Origin: a virus
Virus record (IMG/VR): IMGVR_UViG_3300008448_000002
Location: 96,001 to 160,000 of that record
Direction: 5' to 3' (one strand)
Length of the DNA: 64,000 bases
Under the pieces are notes generated by a model, which made no database searches, had not been told where the DNA came from, and saw nothing but the letters and a program-made list of their open reading frames with translations. Position 1 is the stretch's first letter, and every line of letters begins with the position of its first letter. A program made the position numbers and the translations under genes. Below, piece by piece: positions 1 through 10,275 of this stretch.

Positions 1-3000
1 GGCAGCGATTTCTGGAGAAATGTATACATTGAGGGAAATAACTCTGAATTAATTGGAAACACAAAACCAGCCACACTAGGTGGAGAATCCCCTTTGGCTG
101 GTGATGGTATTCTACATTTTCAGGGAATAGATGGTTTAACCATCGAAAATCTAAAAGTAAATGGACTATGTTATAATGGTATAGCGACATTAACACAAAC
201 GGCAGGAGTTGCTACTTGTACGACAACGGAAACTCACAATCTCGTTACAGGTGATTATATTGCCATAATGGATGTAATAACAGATAGCACAAGCAATCCA
301 GTACAAAGAATGAGAGATGAAACTTATAATGGGGCTAAGTTTATTACTGTAACGGGAGCAACGACCTTTACTTACCCTGTACATCCTAGTGCCTCGGCAA
401 CCCCAATTATAACTTCTGGAAAATGTACATTTAAAACAACACAGTTTGGTGGAGATAATATTAGATTAGTTTCGTGTACTCGTGTTTTAATGAATAACAT
501 TGATACTCGCCATAGTAACGACCATGCTATATATTTTGTTAGTACAACTAATACCGCCAACACGTCTGATGGAACTTTAACATTAACCGATAACAACGTA
601 GTTTTAAATAACTTATATGTAGAGAATTGTACACAGACATCTTCAACTCCATCTGGTGTTAGAGAAATGGTGTGGAACAATATACAAGCAAGATTTTTTA
701 GAGGTGGAGCAGTAAAATTCGCATCACACTTGTTAAACGGTGAAACCATCATTAACAACCTACAATGTTTTGATTTTTCTAACGTAGGAAACGGAACAAC
801 ACCTAATGGATTGATTTTAGAAGGAAACCAAAGATTCTACTTGAATGGTTTTAATTTCTACAGAGCTGGTGGAATCATTTTATTACCAAACCCAACATCG
901 GGAAGAATTGGTCAAAGAACATTAAAAGATATTACTATTCAGAGTGGTGCTATTACAGATTGCGGATATTGTTACACACAGGGTTCTGTAAAACGGGCAG
1001 AACAACATTCTGTTATTATTGGAGATAATGCCGTAACTATTGGTAATGATTCTATTAGAAACATCACGGTAAGAGATGTTGAGATTTTAAGACCCTACGG
1101 TAAAGGGTATCAGATTGGTAATAACAATGCCGGTTCTTTTGTAAATATTAATGTGATTGGTGGGTCAATCACCGAACCAGCATTACAAGCGTTAGATATA
1201 GCTGCGCGAAATTCAACTGGTGTTGTCATTAAAGATATGATTATCGAGAAAACTTCACCAAACATTTTAGTAAATAACTGGGTAACAGGAACATCTTATT
1301 CACAGGGTGATGTTGTCTATGTATCAACCACAAGAACATACTTCAGAAAAAGTAATTCTGGCACAGCTACATCTACAATTGAACCCCCACAATTCAACGG
1401 GAACGCATTAAGTGATGGTTGTGCGTGGAAAAACCTTGGTGAAAACTCTGTAATTTTGTTTGGACCAAGAGAAGGAACAGCAACAGATTTTTCTGATGAT
1501 GCTATAATCAAAGGAAACATTGTAAAGCAGTGGTCTTCTGGTAGCGGAATAGATTTTACAAAAGTTAGAAGATTAACCGTTGAAGGTAATATTCTTAATA
1601 AAGTAGGACATTTTTCTATAAACTGTTCATCTTCAACAGATAGCATAGTAAGAAATAATACGGTTAGTGGTGCTGGAACTAATCCGCTTAACTCTGGAAA
1701 CAACATTAATATGCTTGTTGAAGGAAACTATTTAGATGTGAATAACCAAAATAGAAATGCCGCCAACTTTAATAATGAAGACGGTATTACTTTTATAAAC
1801 AATATCATGGCAAACTCTACTCAAACGACATCTGCCTTGGGCACAACATTAACCAATATAAGACGATTTAAGGCATACAATAATACTGGTGTTAATTGCG
1901 CGGCAGATGATACTTTATATCCATTTATGCCAGCGAGAAGAAGAAACATTGATGATTCTTTCTTATCTTATCAACATAAATCAGGACTTTCTAATAACGA
2001 CCCTATCTTTTTAACCGCAGGGGCAACTATAACTAACAAAACCCCTACTAGTGGTAGGTCATCTTCTGTTTATGTAACAGAAAGTGGATACAACGCTAGA
2101 AATAGTATGTCTGCCAATTTATCCGCTACTGGATTATCTGGGGCATATTTCAATCCTAATGTGTTTACTTCTGGGGCATTTACAGGAGCGGCAACCGCAT
2201 GGAACTGGACAGGAAAAACTCCTGTTTATCAGATTGTTGGAAATAATGGTGCTGGAACACCAGTAAGTGGGGCAACGACAGTTACTACAGACTTAATGGG
2301 TATACCAGACGGGGCAACTATTAACTCTTGTGGACACTGGACATGGATTTCATGGAATGACTTCGGTTATTCATTAATGGCAAATGGACAATCGGTTGGA
2401 TATGAAACAGGAAAAGCAGCGGATTTAAATGTCAATGCTAGGGCATCTGGCACAGTAATTACCGCAATGTCATATGATAGTGGCACAGGGGTTGTCACTT
2501 GTACGGCAGTGGGACATGAGCTAACTAACGGAGAAAGATACACCATAGCAAGAACCTATCCAACGACATTTCAGGTAAATGCCGATTCAAATACCGATGG
2601 AGTAAAGGATTCAAATCCAGTCACGGTAATTGATGCCGATACATTCACTTATACAGTCGCAACGGGACTAACAAGCCCTGTAATGGGTATCGTGTTAATT
2701 CGCTCAAATGGAACATATCAAGGAAATTGTTCAATTACAAGTGTTGGAACACTGGCAACAATGACCGTTACATCGCATGGTTTATCTACAGGAAATTTAA
2801 TATCTGTAAGAATGGCAACTGATACTGTCTACAACGTCACGGGCGTTACTTGTACAGTCGTTGACGCAAATACAATAACATACACCATGGCTACTACACC
2901 AGCTTCAGGAACAGCAGTTGTAAACGAAAGACTTGTTGTTTTCGGAATGTATTGGTCTGAAGCGCACAACACAAGAACAGTTGGGGCAGGTGGATTCGTA

Positions 3001-3375
3001 AAACCAAAAACTAGAGGGATTCCTTGGGGAGACTACTTTGTTGAGTTTTATGGAAAAAGAGCTGATGTTGAACGTCTAGGTGTTTTACCATTTAAAACAC
3101 TTCTAACTCTTACACCAGGAAATATAGCATCTGGGTCTACTTTTGTATCACCATCACAGACATTATCTGGAATAACATCAAGAATGATTGGTAGAGCTAC
3201 TAGCATGACTACAAACAATGCTGGACTTGAGGCAAGAGTTGTTATTGTTGGTAATAATAGTTATCAATTGGTTTTGTATAATCCAACGGCAACAAATATC
3301 ACACCAGGAACATTAACATACAATATTGAAGTTTACAATACACTTCCTTGGTCTTCTACAGAAAGCGTTGTTTAA
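1..3375 (+). CDS. Tail spike/fibre-like structural protein with beta-helix-like region (5'-truncated)
   Basis: Frame is open from base 1 (GSDFWRNVYIEG...), so the TTG at 94 is not the real start. Asn/Thr/Gly-rich parallel beta-helix-like repeats; three copies of a G-V-x-T-x-T-x-x-H-x-L-x-x-G module; a W-x-x-G-T-x-Y-x-x-G-D-x-V carbohydrate-binding-like motif. Confidence 0.7.
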   Translation, partial: GSDFWRNVYIEGNNSELIGNTKPATLGGESPLAGDGILHFQGIDGLTIENLKVNGLCYNGIATLTQTAGVATCTTTETHNLVTGDYIAIMDVITDSTSNPVQRMRDETYNGAKFITVTGATTFTYPVHPSASATPIITSGKCTFKTTQFGGDNIRLVSCTRVLMNNIDTRHSNDHAIYFVSTTNTANTSDGTLTLTDNNVVLNNLYVENCTQTSSTPSGVREMVWNNIQARFFRGGAVKFASHLLNGETIINNLQCFDFSNVGNGTTPNGLILEGNQRFYLNGFNFYRAGGIILLPNPTSGRIGQRTLKDITIQSGAITDCGYCYTQGSVKRAEQHSVIIGDNAVTIGNDSIRNITVRDVEILRPYGKGYQIGNNNAGSFVNINVIGGSITEPALQALDIAARNSTGVVIKDMIIEKTSPNILVNNWVTGTSYSQGDVVYVSTTRTYFRKSNSGTATSTIEPPQFNGNALSDGCAWKNLGENSVILFGPREGTATDFSDDAIIKGNIVKQWSSGSGIDFTKVRRLTVEGNILNKVGHFSINCSSSTDSIVRNNTVSGAGTNPLNSGNNINMLVEGNYLDVNNQNRNAANFNNEDGITFINNIMANSTQTTSALGTTLTNIRRFKAYNNTGVNCAADDTLYPFMPARRRNIDDSFLSYQHKSGLSNNDPIFLTAGATITNKTPTSGRSSSVYVTESGYNARNSMSANLSATGLSGAYFNPNVFTSGAFTGAATAWNWTGKTPVYQIVGNNGAGTPVSGATTVTTDLMGIPDGATINSCGHWTWISWNDFGYSLMANGQSVGYETGKAADLNVNARASGTVITAMSYDSGTGVVTCTAVGHELTNGERYTIARTYPTTFQVNADSNTDGVKDSNPVTVIDADTFTYTVATGLTSPVMGIVLIRSNGTYQGNCSITSVGTLATMTVTSHGLSTGNLISVRMATDTVYNVTGVTCTVVDANTITYTMATTPASGTAVVNERLVVFGMYWSEAHNTRTVGAGGFVKPKTRGIPWGDYFVEFYGKRADVERLGVLPFKTLLTLTPGNIASGSTFVSPSQTLSGITSRMIGRATSMTTNNAGLEARVVIVGNNSYQLVLYNPTATNITPGTLTYNIEVYNTLPWSSTESVV

Positions 3376-3475
3376 TATATGATTATAATAAAGAAATTAA
3401 CGGATAAAGCATATAATATATATAAAATTGTAATAAAATACTTTAAACTTATTAAAAACAAAGGAACATCATAAA

Positions 3476-6400
3476 ATGACCCAATTGCGCTCGAAGCAAA
3501 TAAAATTAGTTAGCAGAGGTGATATAATTGTTGGTAATAATTCTGCTATTGGTTCTATATTAGCTCTTGGAACTAATGGACAAATATTAAAATCTAATGG
3601 AACATCACTGATATATGCTACTAATAATGCTAGTGGAGTTACAAATGATAGTTCGGTAACAGGTATAACTGTAGCCGATGCCCTCAATAGTTTACGCACA
3701 TCTATCTTATCACTCGGTGGTGGTGGAGGAGGCGGGGGAGGAGCATCTATAGCTAGTCTAATAACAAACGATAGTAGTTTATTTGGAACAACAGTAAAAG
3801 ATGCTTTGAATGGATTGGCTTATTATCCAGAGGTTCATGGTGCTATTGGTGATGGTGTTGCCGATGATACAACGGCACTACAAGCATGGCTTAATGCCGC
3901 GAAGACAAATCCCGTTAATTTACAATTAAGACGGGGAAAAACATACCGAGTAACAAACATTTTAGATTGCGTTGACCAATATGGCTTATCAATTAATGGT
4001 AACTTTGCGACAATATTTTTTGACTGTTATGGTGCTGGGTCTTTTGGATTGTTTAAAGTAAGAAGAACAACAAAACAGGCAATCACGGCGCAAGATGGTA
4101 TATTAGGCTCAACTAGAAACCTAAACCAATACATAAGTATTAAAAATCTTAGAATAGAAGGACCATGGAGATATGGTGATTCTTATTTGGCATACAGTAC
4201 AGTTGCCACTGCGCCCGATGGATTGTTAAGAAGTGGCGGAGGAAACGCAACTTTTGGTAGAAATCTTTTTACAAAAACAACATTGAATGAATATACAACA
4301 GGCACGGCAACATTCACTAATGGTAGTAATATTGTTTCTGGAACAGATACACAATGGTTGGCGAATGTTCGGGCAGGTGACAGAATTAGACCAGAATTAA
4401 GTTCTGTTTTTGGCACGGTTAGTTCCGTGATAGATAATACAACAATACAATTAACTTCACCTTATAGTGGCACGTCAACCGCATCAGTAGTTTATAGAGC
4501 GGGATTAAAACCAATGTATAACACAGGAAGAGTTGCTGTTGTACCAGGAACAAGAAAAGTTTATGGATATGGTACTAATTTTACAACAGCGGGATTACAA
4601 GTTGGTGACGCTTTCTTTTTCAACCAACGGTTTAGAAGATACAAAATAGCAAGTATTGACAGTGCCACACAACTTACGCTTGATAGAGATTATTATGATT
4701 TTGCCGACCAATATATTTATAATACAGGAACAATAACAGCAACAAATGGTTCAACTTCTATTATTGGAGTTGGTAATGAGTTTGTTGCCAATTTAGTTGG
4801 GTCTGTAGTTCAATTTATTGGTGATAGTACATATTATACAATTGCTAGTTTTCAAAATAGTTCCTCTATGACGCTAGATAGAGCATATTCTGGAACAACA
4901 GGTTCTAAATCTTATAATATAATATATACGCGAGATTACAGTGTTGGTAAACCATATGAAATACAACGACTATATCAATATACTAGTGCTGGTGGAAATA
5001 ATAGATTTGTTCCTAAAGGTACATCATCAAATGTTAGACTTATTCCAACAGATGGTACATCGGCACAATATAGTTTTGTAAGAAATACTAATTTCGTGGG
5101 GAATATATTTAGAAAAACTCCTACTTCTAATTCCGATGTACCATTAGATATAGACGATGTTATTTGGAATAGTGCCTTTACTTATCTTGTGGTAGGAGGT
5201 GGAATAGCACTAAAGCCACCGACATCCAATTCTAACTTTTATCAGGTTGACAACCCAACGAATGTTAATAACTGTTCAGTTACGAATGGTTCAACAAACG
5301 TAACGGGCACTGGATTTAACTCACTCGCAGCAACAGGCTGGATTGTATTCAATGATGAATATGATTTTTATGGATATACAAGAGTAAGTAACACACAAAT
5401 TACTTTAAGTAAAAACTACACAGGAACAACAAGAACAACTGCTACTGGAAGATTTGGACCAGTATGTTATCTGTGTCTGGGTGATGCTCCTTCATTTGGT
5501 ACTGATATTATAGGGTTAGGTTCGGCAAAACATATTTATTTAGATAATTTATATCTAAAAGGAGGGGGTGATGTTGGTATCAAAGATTGTAGAAACACAC
5601 AGTATCCCCCAGAAGGCGAAACATCGTTTGCGTTAGAATCCCATCAACATATTTTTATAAGTAATACAGTAATTGATGAATGTTTTTCTGCCCACTCAAT
5701 GACACCAGCAGGTGGAACACAATTACACTTTAATAAAATTATTGTAAAGTGTAATAGAAGTTTCAAAGTGGCAAACCAATCTTTGGATGCTGGAAAGGTA
5801 ACAATTTCTCAGATGGATATAACAATTTATGATTTTGCCGCAGGTTTAGAATTATATAGTATTAATGATTTAACGGCGGGACAAATAAATATATCAGCTC
5901 CATATGGCGGTTATGCTGGGATTGATATAGCAAACAACGACAGTGGTGCTTTATCAGACATGAGTGGTATTCATGTAACTACCACGAATATAACGGGTTT
6001 TTACTATCCTGTGAGATTTTTGGCATTAGTTGGTAAGAAAATAAAAAATGTACATTTAGATTTTAATGCCACGGATTATGTGGCAAGTTGTTATGTTAAT
6101 TCATTGGGTGGAACAGAAACAATTGAAAATTGTTCTGTTACCATAAGAGGTTCACAACCAAGAGTTGGTGGATATGTAGCAAACTTTCAATTAGCACCAA
6201 TCAAAAGTTCTACTTTTGATTTCACACAAGTAGAGGGAATAAATCCTCTCGGTACAACCTTATGGACGTTTGTAAGTGGAACTGATGATGGAAAAAATAA
6301 GTTTATTATTCCCGTTGATGGTATTCCAGTAATCCCCACAACTGGTATCAATATTAAAGGCACAAGATTGGTAAGTAGAAACGCAGGGGCAGGTGAACCA

Positions 6401-6580
6401 GATGAAGTTAGATGTCTAGTTGGTGGAACTCCTGGAACATGGGAATACAGGGGAGGCATGGGAATTGGATTAATACCATTATCTGCTTTCCCAACATGGG
6501 CACCAGAATCATCCGCTATATTAAGAAATGATGGAATATATCAAAAACGCACGGGAACATGGGTAAAGATTTCCACATAA
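3476..6580 (+). CDS. Tail spike/depolymerase-like protein
   Basis: YPEVHGAIGDGVADDTTALQAWLN pectate-lyase-3-type motif; duplicated TNDSSxxGxTVxDAL anchor motif around a poly-Gly linker; four TGT/CSVTNGSxxVxGxG-type repeats. Confidence 0.75.
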   Translation: MTQLRSKQIKLVSRGDIIVGNNSAIGSILALGTNGQILKSNGTSLIYATNNASGVTNDSSVTGITVADALNSLRTSILSLGGGGGGGGGASIASLITNDSSLFGTTVKDALNGLAYYPEVHGAIGDGVADDTTALQAWLNAAKTNPVNLQLRRGKTYRVTNILDCVDQYGLSINGNFATIFFDCYGAGSFGLFKVRRTTKQAITAQDGILGSTRNLNQYISIKNLRIEGPWRYGDSYLAYSTVATAPDGLLRSGGGNATFGRNLFTKTTLNEYTTGTATFTNGSNIVSGTDTQWLANVRAGDRIRPELSSVFGTVSSVIDNTTIQLTSPYSGTSTASVVYRAGLKPMYNTGRVAVVPGTRKVYGYGTNFTTAGLQVGDAFFFNQRFRRYKIASIDSATQLTLDRDYYDFADQYIYNTGTITATNGSTSIIGVGNEFVANLVGSVVQFIGDSTYYTIASFQNSSSMTLDRAYSGTTGSKSYNIIYTRDYSVGKPYEIQRLYQYTSAGGNNRFVPKGTSSNVRLIPTDGTSAQYSFVRNTNFVGNIFRKTPTSNSDVPLDIDDVIWNSAFTYLVVGGGIALKPPTSNSNFYQVDNPTNVNNCSVTNGSTNVTGTGFNSLAATGWIVFNDEYDFYGYTRVSNTQITLSKNYTGTTRTTATGRFGPVCYLCLGDAPSFGTDIIGLGSAKHIYLDNLYLKGGGDVGIKDCRNTQYPPEGETSFALESHQHIFISNTVIDECFSAHSMTPAGGTQLHFNKIIVKCNRSFKVANQSLDAGKVTISQMDITIYDFAAGLELYSINDLTAGQINISAPYGGYAGIDIANNDSGALSDMSGIHVTTTNITGFYYPVRFLALVGKKIKNVHLDFNATDYVASCYVNSLGGTETIENCSVTIRGSQPRVGGYVANFQLAPIKSSTFDFTQVEGINPLGTTLWTFVSGTDDGKNKFIIPVDGIPVIPTTGINIKGTRLVSRNAGAGEPDEVRCLVGGTPGTWEYRGGMGIGLIPLSAFPTWAPESSAILRNDGIYQKRTGTWVKIST

Positions 6581-6589
6581 AAGGAGTAT

Positions 6590-6982
6590 ATGAAACAAAA
6601 CAATAATATAGAATCAAAATTACAAAAGTATTGGAGACCAATAGTTGCATATACATACATTATTATATGTATATTCGATTTTATTCTTATGCCTATGTGG
6701 TATGAAATATCAAATACTACTGTAAATATAAGAGATTCCGTTGATTTATCGTTAAAATATTCTCCTGAATATCAAGAAAGAGTGTTAGTTGATTTAACCA
6801 CAAAAAGAGTTTGGAAACCATTAACCTTAGATACAGCGGGAACATTTCACTTAGCATTTGGTGCTATATTAGGTGCGGCGGCATATACTAGAGGTAGAGA
6901 AAAACAAGAAAGAATTAGAAGTGGTGGAAAAAACTATTATGGTTCAAACTCAAGACCTGATAATCCTGATGATGAATGTTAA
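6590..6982 (+). CDS. Putative holin (GTA_holin_3TM-like)
   Basis: WRPIVAYTYIIICIFDFILMP and WKPLTL-x-x-AGTFHLAFGAILGAAAYTRGREK match the pattern of this family; two hydrophobic segments and a charged C-terminal tail. Confidence 0.65.
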   Translation: MKQNNNIESKLQKYWRPIVAYTYIIICIFDFILMPMWYEISNTTVNIRDSVDLSLKYSPEYQERVLVDLTTKRVWKPLTLDTAGTFHLAFGAILGAAAYTRGREKQERIRSGGKNYYGSNSRPDNPDDEC

Positions 6983-6986
6983 TTTA

Positions 6987-7015
6987 TTGACTATTTAAAT
7001 AAATAATGTTATCAT
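6987..7015 (+). promoter_or_regulatory. Sigma70-like promoter (DNA ligase)
   Basis: TTGACT-N17-TATCAT with extended TG. Confidence 0.65.
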
Positions 7016-7036
7016 GATTGAAATTATGGAATAATC

Positions 7037-8395
7037 ATGAACATCTTAGATAGTATTGTAAATGTAATCAATCAATTAGAAAGTACAGCTTCAAGATTGA
7101 AAAAAGAAGAAATATTAAAAAATGTCTTTATTTCTAAAAACTATGAGTTTTTTAATCTTTTAAACAAATGTTATTCTCCGTTAGTAACATATAATGTACA
7201 AAAAGTTCCTGCTATTGAGGAAGATAACACAGAAGAAAACGATTATACTTTTACATTAGAAGATTTCTATAAACTATTGGAATTGTTAGAAACAAGAAAA
7301 GTTACTGGTAATGATTTAAGAGATTTAATTAATACATCCGCTTTGGCATGTAATACGACTTATTGGAATACTATCTATAGAAGAATACTACTAAAAGATT
7401 TAAAATGCGGGATTACCAATGTTACAGTAAATAATGTACTTAAACAACTCGCTAAAACAAATGAAAAAGCCAATGACTATATTATTCCCGTTTTTGGCTG
7501 TCAACTTGCCTCCGATTCTGAAAAACACTTAAAGAAACTAAAGGGAAACTATTATCTTGACCCTAAATTGGATGGTGTTAGATTATTATCGGTATTAAAT
7601 GGCAATCTTGTAGAGCAATTTACCAGAAATGGTAAAGAAAATGGTAATTTTATTGATATTAAGAATAGTTTAAGTAAATTACTACCACATTTAAAAGAAC
7701 CTATTGTATTAGACGGTGAAGTGGTATCCTCTTCTTTTCAAGAATTAATGACACAGATGAACAGAAAAGGTGAAATTGATACATCATCTGCTAAGTTGGC
7801 ACTATTCGATGTAATTTCTTTAGATGACTTTAATAAGGGCATATCAGTAAAACCACAATATGTAAGGCATGGTGAATTATGCGCGTTGATGTCATTAATA
7901 CAAGATTTGAAAATAAACAATATCTTTGTTGTTCCAAAATTAAAAATAAACTTTGATACAAAAGAAGGATATGAAAGTTACATTAATTTTAATAAAGAAT
8001 GTATTGATGCTGGTTATGAAGGAATCATGATTAAATCATATGATGGAATATATGAATCAAAAAGAAGTTCTTGTTGGTTAAAGCAGAAACCTTTTATCGA
8101 ACTTACATTGAAGATTATTGATATTATTGAGGGTACTGGAAAATATCAAGGAATGATGGGTAACATCGTTTGTACTGGAACTGATGATACTGGAAAAATA
8201 CTTGAAGTTGATGTTGGCGGAGGATTTTCTGATATTGAAAGAAGTGACTTTTGGGATAATAAAGAAAAGTATATTGACTTTATGGTTGAAATTAGGGCGG
8301 ATGCTATTACCAAGGCACAAAATTCGGAAACATATAGTTTAAGATTCCCCCGATACAAGGGACTTCGTGGTACAGAAAAGAATGAAAAAATATGA
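7037..8395 (+). CDS. ATP-dependent DNA ligase
   Basis: Motif I KLDGVR, LDGE, EGIMIK, WLKQK and C-terminal OB-fold LRFPRY. Confidence 0.95.
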   Translation: MNILDSIVNVINQLESTASRLKKEEILKNVFISKNYEFFNLLNKCYSPLVTYNVQKVPAIEEDNTEENDYTFTLEDFYKLLELLETRKVTGNDLRDLINTSALACNTTYWNTIYRRILLKDLKCGITNVTVNNVLKQLAKTNEKANDYIIPVFGCQLASDSEKHLKKLKGNYYLDPKLDGVRLLSVLNGNLVEQFTRNGKENGNFIDIKNSLSKLLPHLKEPIVLDGEVVSSSFQELMTQMNRKGEIDTSSAKLALFDVISLDDFNKGISVKPQYVRHGELCALMSLIQDLKINNIFVVPKLKINFDTKEGYESYINFNKECIDAGYEGIMIKSYDGIYESKRSSCWLKQKPFIELTLKIIDIIEGTGKYQGMMGNIVCTGTDDTGKILEVDVGGGFSDIERSDFWDNKEKYIDFMVEIRADAITKAQNSETYSLRFPRYKGLRGTEKNEKI

Positions 8396-8562
8396 TTGAC
8401 ATTAAATCAATTAACTTTATTCAAAATGATATTTTGTTTGAGGTAAATATCATTAATCATAATAACATCAAGGTTAAGAAGAAACTATTTAAAAATTGGA
8501 ATGATGCCCATAAATACTATAGTTTATTAGTAAAAAGATTATTACATGAAATTAATCGTTGA
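8392..8562 (+). CDS. Hypothetical protein (56 aa, not in ORF track)
   Basis: ATG overlaps the ligase stop (ATGA); open frame to TGA at 8560. Confidence 0.5.
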   Translation: MIDIKSINFIQNDILFEVNIINHNNIKVKKKLFKNWNDAHKYYSLLVKRLLHEINR

Positions 8563-8587
8563 CAAAGTATAAATAATAAACTATAGT
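8559..8587 (+). promoter_or_regulatory. Sigma70-like promoter (tRNA-Met/Pro, RNA ligase)
   Basis: TTGACA-N17-TATAGT. Confidence 0.7.
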
Positions 8588-8600
8588 AATATTATCTTAT

Positions 8601-8672
8601 TGCGCCGTGGAGCAGTGGTAGCTTGTCTGGCTCATAACCAGAAGGTCGTTGGTTCAAATCCAACCGGCGCAT
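8601..8672 (+). tRNA. tRNA-Met(CAU), initiator-like, no encoded CCA
   Basis: Acceptor TGCGCCG/CGGCGCA, anticodon arm TCTGG-CTCATAA-CCAGA, T-arm GTTGG-TTCAAAT-CCAAC; D and variable regions resemble bacterial tRNA-fMet. Confidence 0.85.
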
Positions 8673-8688
8673 CTCTTACAATAAATGT

Positions 8689-8764
8689 CAGGAATTAGCT
8701 CAGTTAGTAGAGTGCTGGTCTTGGATACCAGAGGCCGGAGGGGCAGAGCCTCCATTCCTGACCA
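8689..8764 (+). tRNA. tRNA-Pro(UGG)
   Basis: CAGGAAT/ATTCCTG acceptor with C1-G72 and A73, CTGGT-CTTGGAT-ACCAG anticodon arm, encoded CCA; atypical T-loop GGCAGAG. Confidence 0.85.
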
Positions 8765-8784
8765 TTAATCTATAGGAAATTACA

Positions 8785-9960
8785 ATGTCTACTTTTGAAG
8801 TATTAGTACAAAAAATTGATGATGTACAAGAGCATCCTAACGCCGATAGACTATCTATTGTCAAAATTAAGGGATACACTTGTATTGCCAATAAATTTGA
8901 CGATGGTTCACCTAGATATAAAACAGGTGACTTAGTAGTTTACATTCCAGAAGCGGCAGTATTACCCGAATGGTTGCTAAAGAAAATGGGATTTTGGAAA
9001 GATGATAAAGGAACATTGGCTGGTTCTAGTGGAAATCGTGTTAAGGCAATGAAATTGCGCGGAATTTTCTCATTAGGTGTATTATACCCACTTGACCTTA
9101 AACCAATTATTGCTATTGGAGTAACAGATGGTCATCCCCTACATCAACTCTACGAGTGTGAGATTAAGAATGAAACAAATACTTCAATTACAGTACACGA
9201 AAATCAAAATGTAGCAGAATATCTAGGAATTGTAAAATATGAAGTACCAGTGCCAGCGCATCTTTCAGGAGAAGTTTGTAACCTTTTTGGATACACAGTA
9301 AAGTATGACATTGAGAATATCCAAAAATACCCAGATGTATTCACAACGGAAGATGATGTTTATGTAACAGAAAAGTTACATGGAACAATGGCTTGTATTG
9401 CCTACAACAAGGAATTAGATAATCCTGAATTACTCGAAGGAAAATACTTTGCTTACTCTAAAGGATTAGGAGGAAACAACGGACTTGTATTCAAGAACAA
9501 CGAGAAAAATCAGCATGTTGTATATCAAAAAGCATTATTAGAAAATATTGATGCTTTGAAGAAACTTGTTGATTTATACAATGATTCAGTATATGTCTTT
9601 GGTGAAATCTTTGGCAAGGGTATTCAAGATTTGTCATATGGACTTGATAAACCAACATTTAGAGTATTCGATGTCTACGTTGGTAATCCATCACAAGGAA
9701 GATGGTTAAATTATCAAGATATGGTTAATGTAAATAATATCATTGCCACCGTACCTACACTGTACACGGGTAAGTTTGATAAAGAAGTCATTGAAAAACT
9801 TAGAGATGAAAAGTCTGTGTTATCACCCAATCAAATTAAAGAAGGTGTGGTTATCAGACGATTGATTGAAAAAAGTAACTATACTATTGGTCGGTCTATT
9901 CTTAAAGATGTTTCACCAAACTATCTATTAAGAAAAGGCGATGTAACAGAATATAATTAA
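8785..9960 (+). CDS. RNA ligase, DRB0094 family (N-terminal OB + ligase domain)
   Basis: EHPNADRL N-terminal motif, VVYIPE, DIEN, TEKLHGT (motif I), GEIFG, FDV, EGVV. Confidence 0.9.
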   Translation: MSTFEVLVQKIDDVQEHPNADRLSIVKIKGYTCIANKFDDGSPRYKTGDLVVYIPEAAVLPEWLLKKMGFWKDDKGTLAGSSGNRVKAMKLRGIFSLGVLYPLDLKPIIAIGVTDGHPLHQLYECEIKNETNTSITVHENQNVAEYLGIVKYEVPVPAHLSGEVCNLFGYTVKYDIENIQKYPDVFTTEDDVYVTEKLHGTMACIAYNKELDNPELLEGKYFAYSKGLGGNNGLVFKNNEKNQHVVYQKALLENIDALKKLVDLYNDSVYVFGEIFGKGIQDLSYGLDKPTFRVFDVYVGNPSQGRWLNYQDMVNVNNIIATVPTLYTGKFDKEVIEKLRDEKSVLSPNQIKEGVVIRRLIEKSNYTIGRSILKDVSPNYLLRKGDVTEYN

Positions 9961-9972
9961 AGGATTAAATAA

Positions 9973-10263
9973 ATGTACATCAAAGCACGAAAAAAACAAA
10001 TTGTTAAAGAAGTAGACAATGGATTGTATGGAGTTTTTGAATCAGGAAAAAACTTTTATTCTTGTACGCTAGAAACTAATAAAACAATTTCATCTGATTT
10101 CAATAAAGTAAAAATAACATGTTTGAAAATGAATTTAGTTGAATTGAATAATCATTTAATATACCTTAATGATGTTATGAATAAACTAATAACCGAAACT
10201 AACGAAGAAATACATAAAATTAATGCCAAACTGAAAAAGTTACAACTTGAATGTCAACCGTAA
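9973..10263 (+). CDS. Hypothetical protein
   Basis: ORF with AAGGA Shine-Dalgarno; C-terminal coiled-coil-like pattern. Confidence 0.6.
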   Translation: MYIKARKKQIVKEVDNGLYGVFESGKNFYSCTLETNKTISSDFNKVKITCLKMNLVELNNHLIYLNDVMNKLITETNEEIHKINAKLKKLQLECQP

Positions 10264-10275
10264 AGGATTAAAGAA

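Noticed and set aside
3716-3745. GGN repeat as a phase-variable tract
   Set aside because: Mixed Gly codons encode a poly-Gly linker; no long homopolymer.
8700-8891. Minus-strand 63-aa ORF
   Set aside because: Overlaps tRNA-Pro and the RNA ligase gene on the opposite strand.
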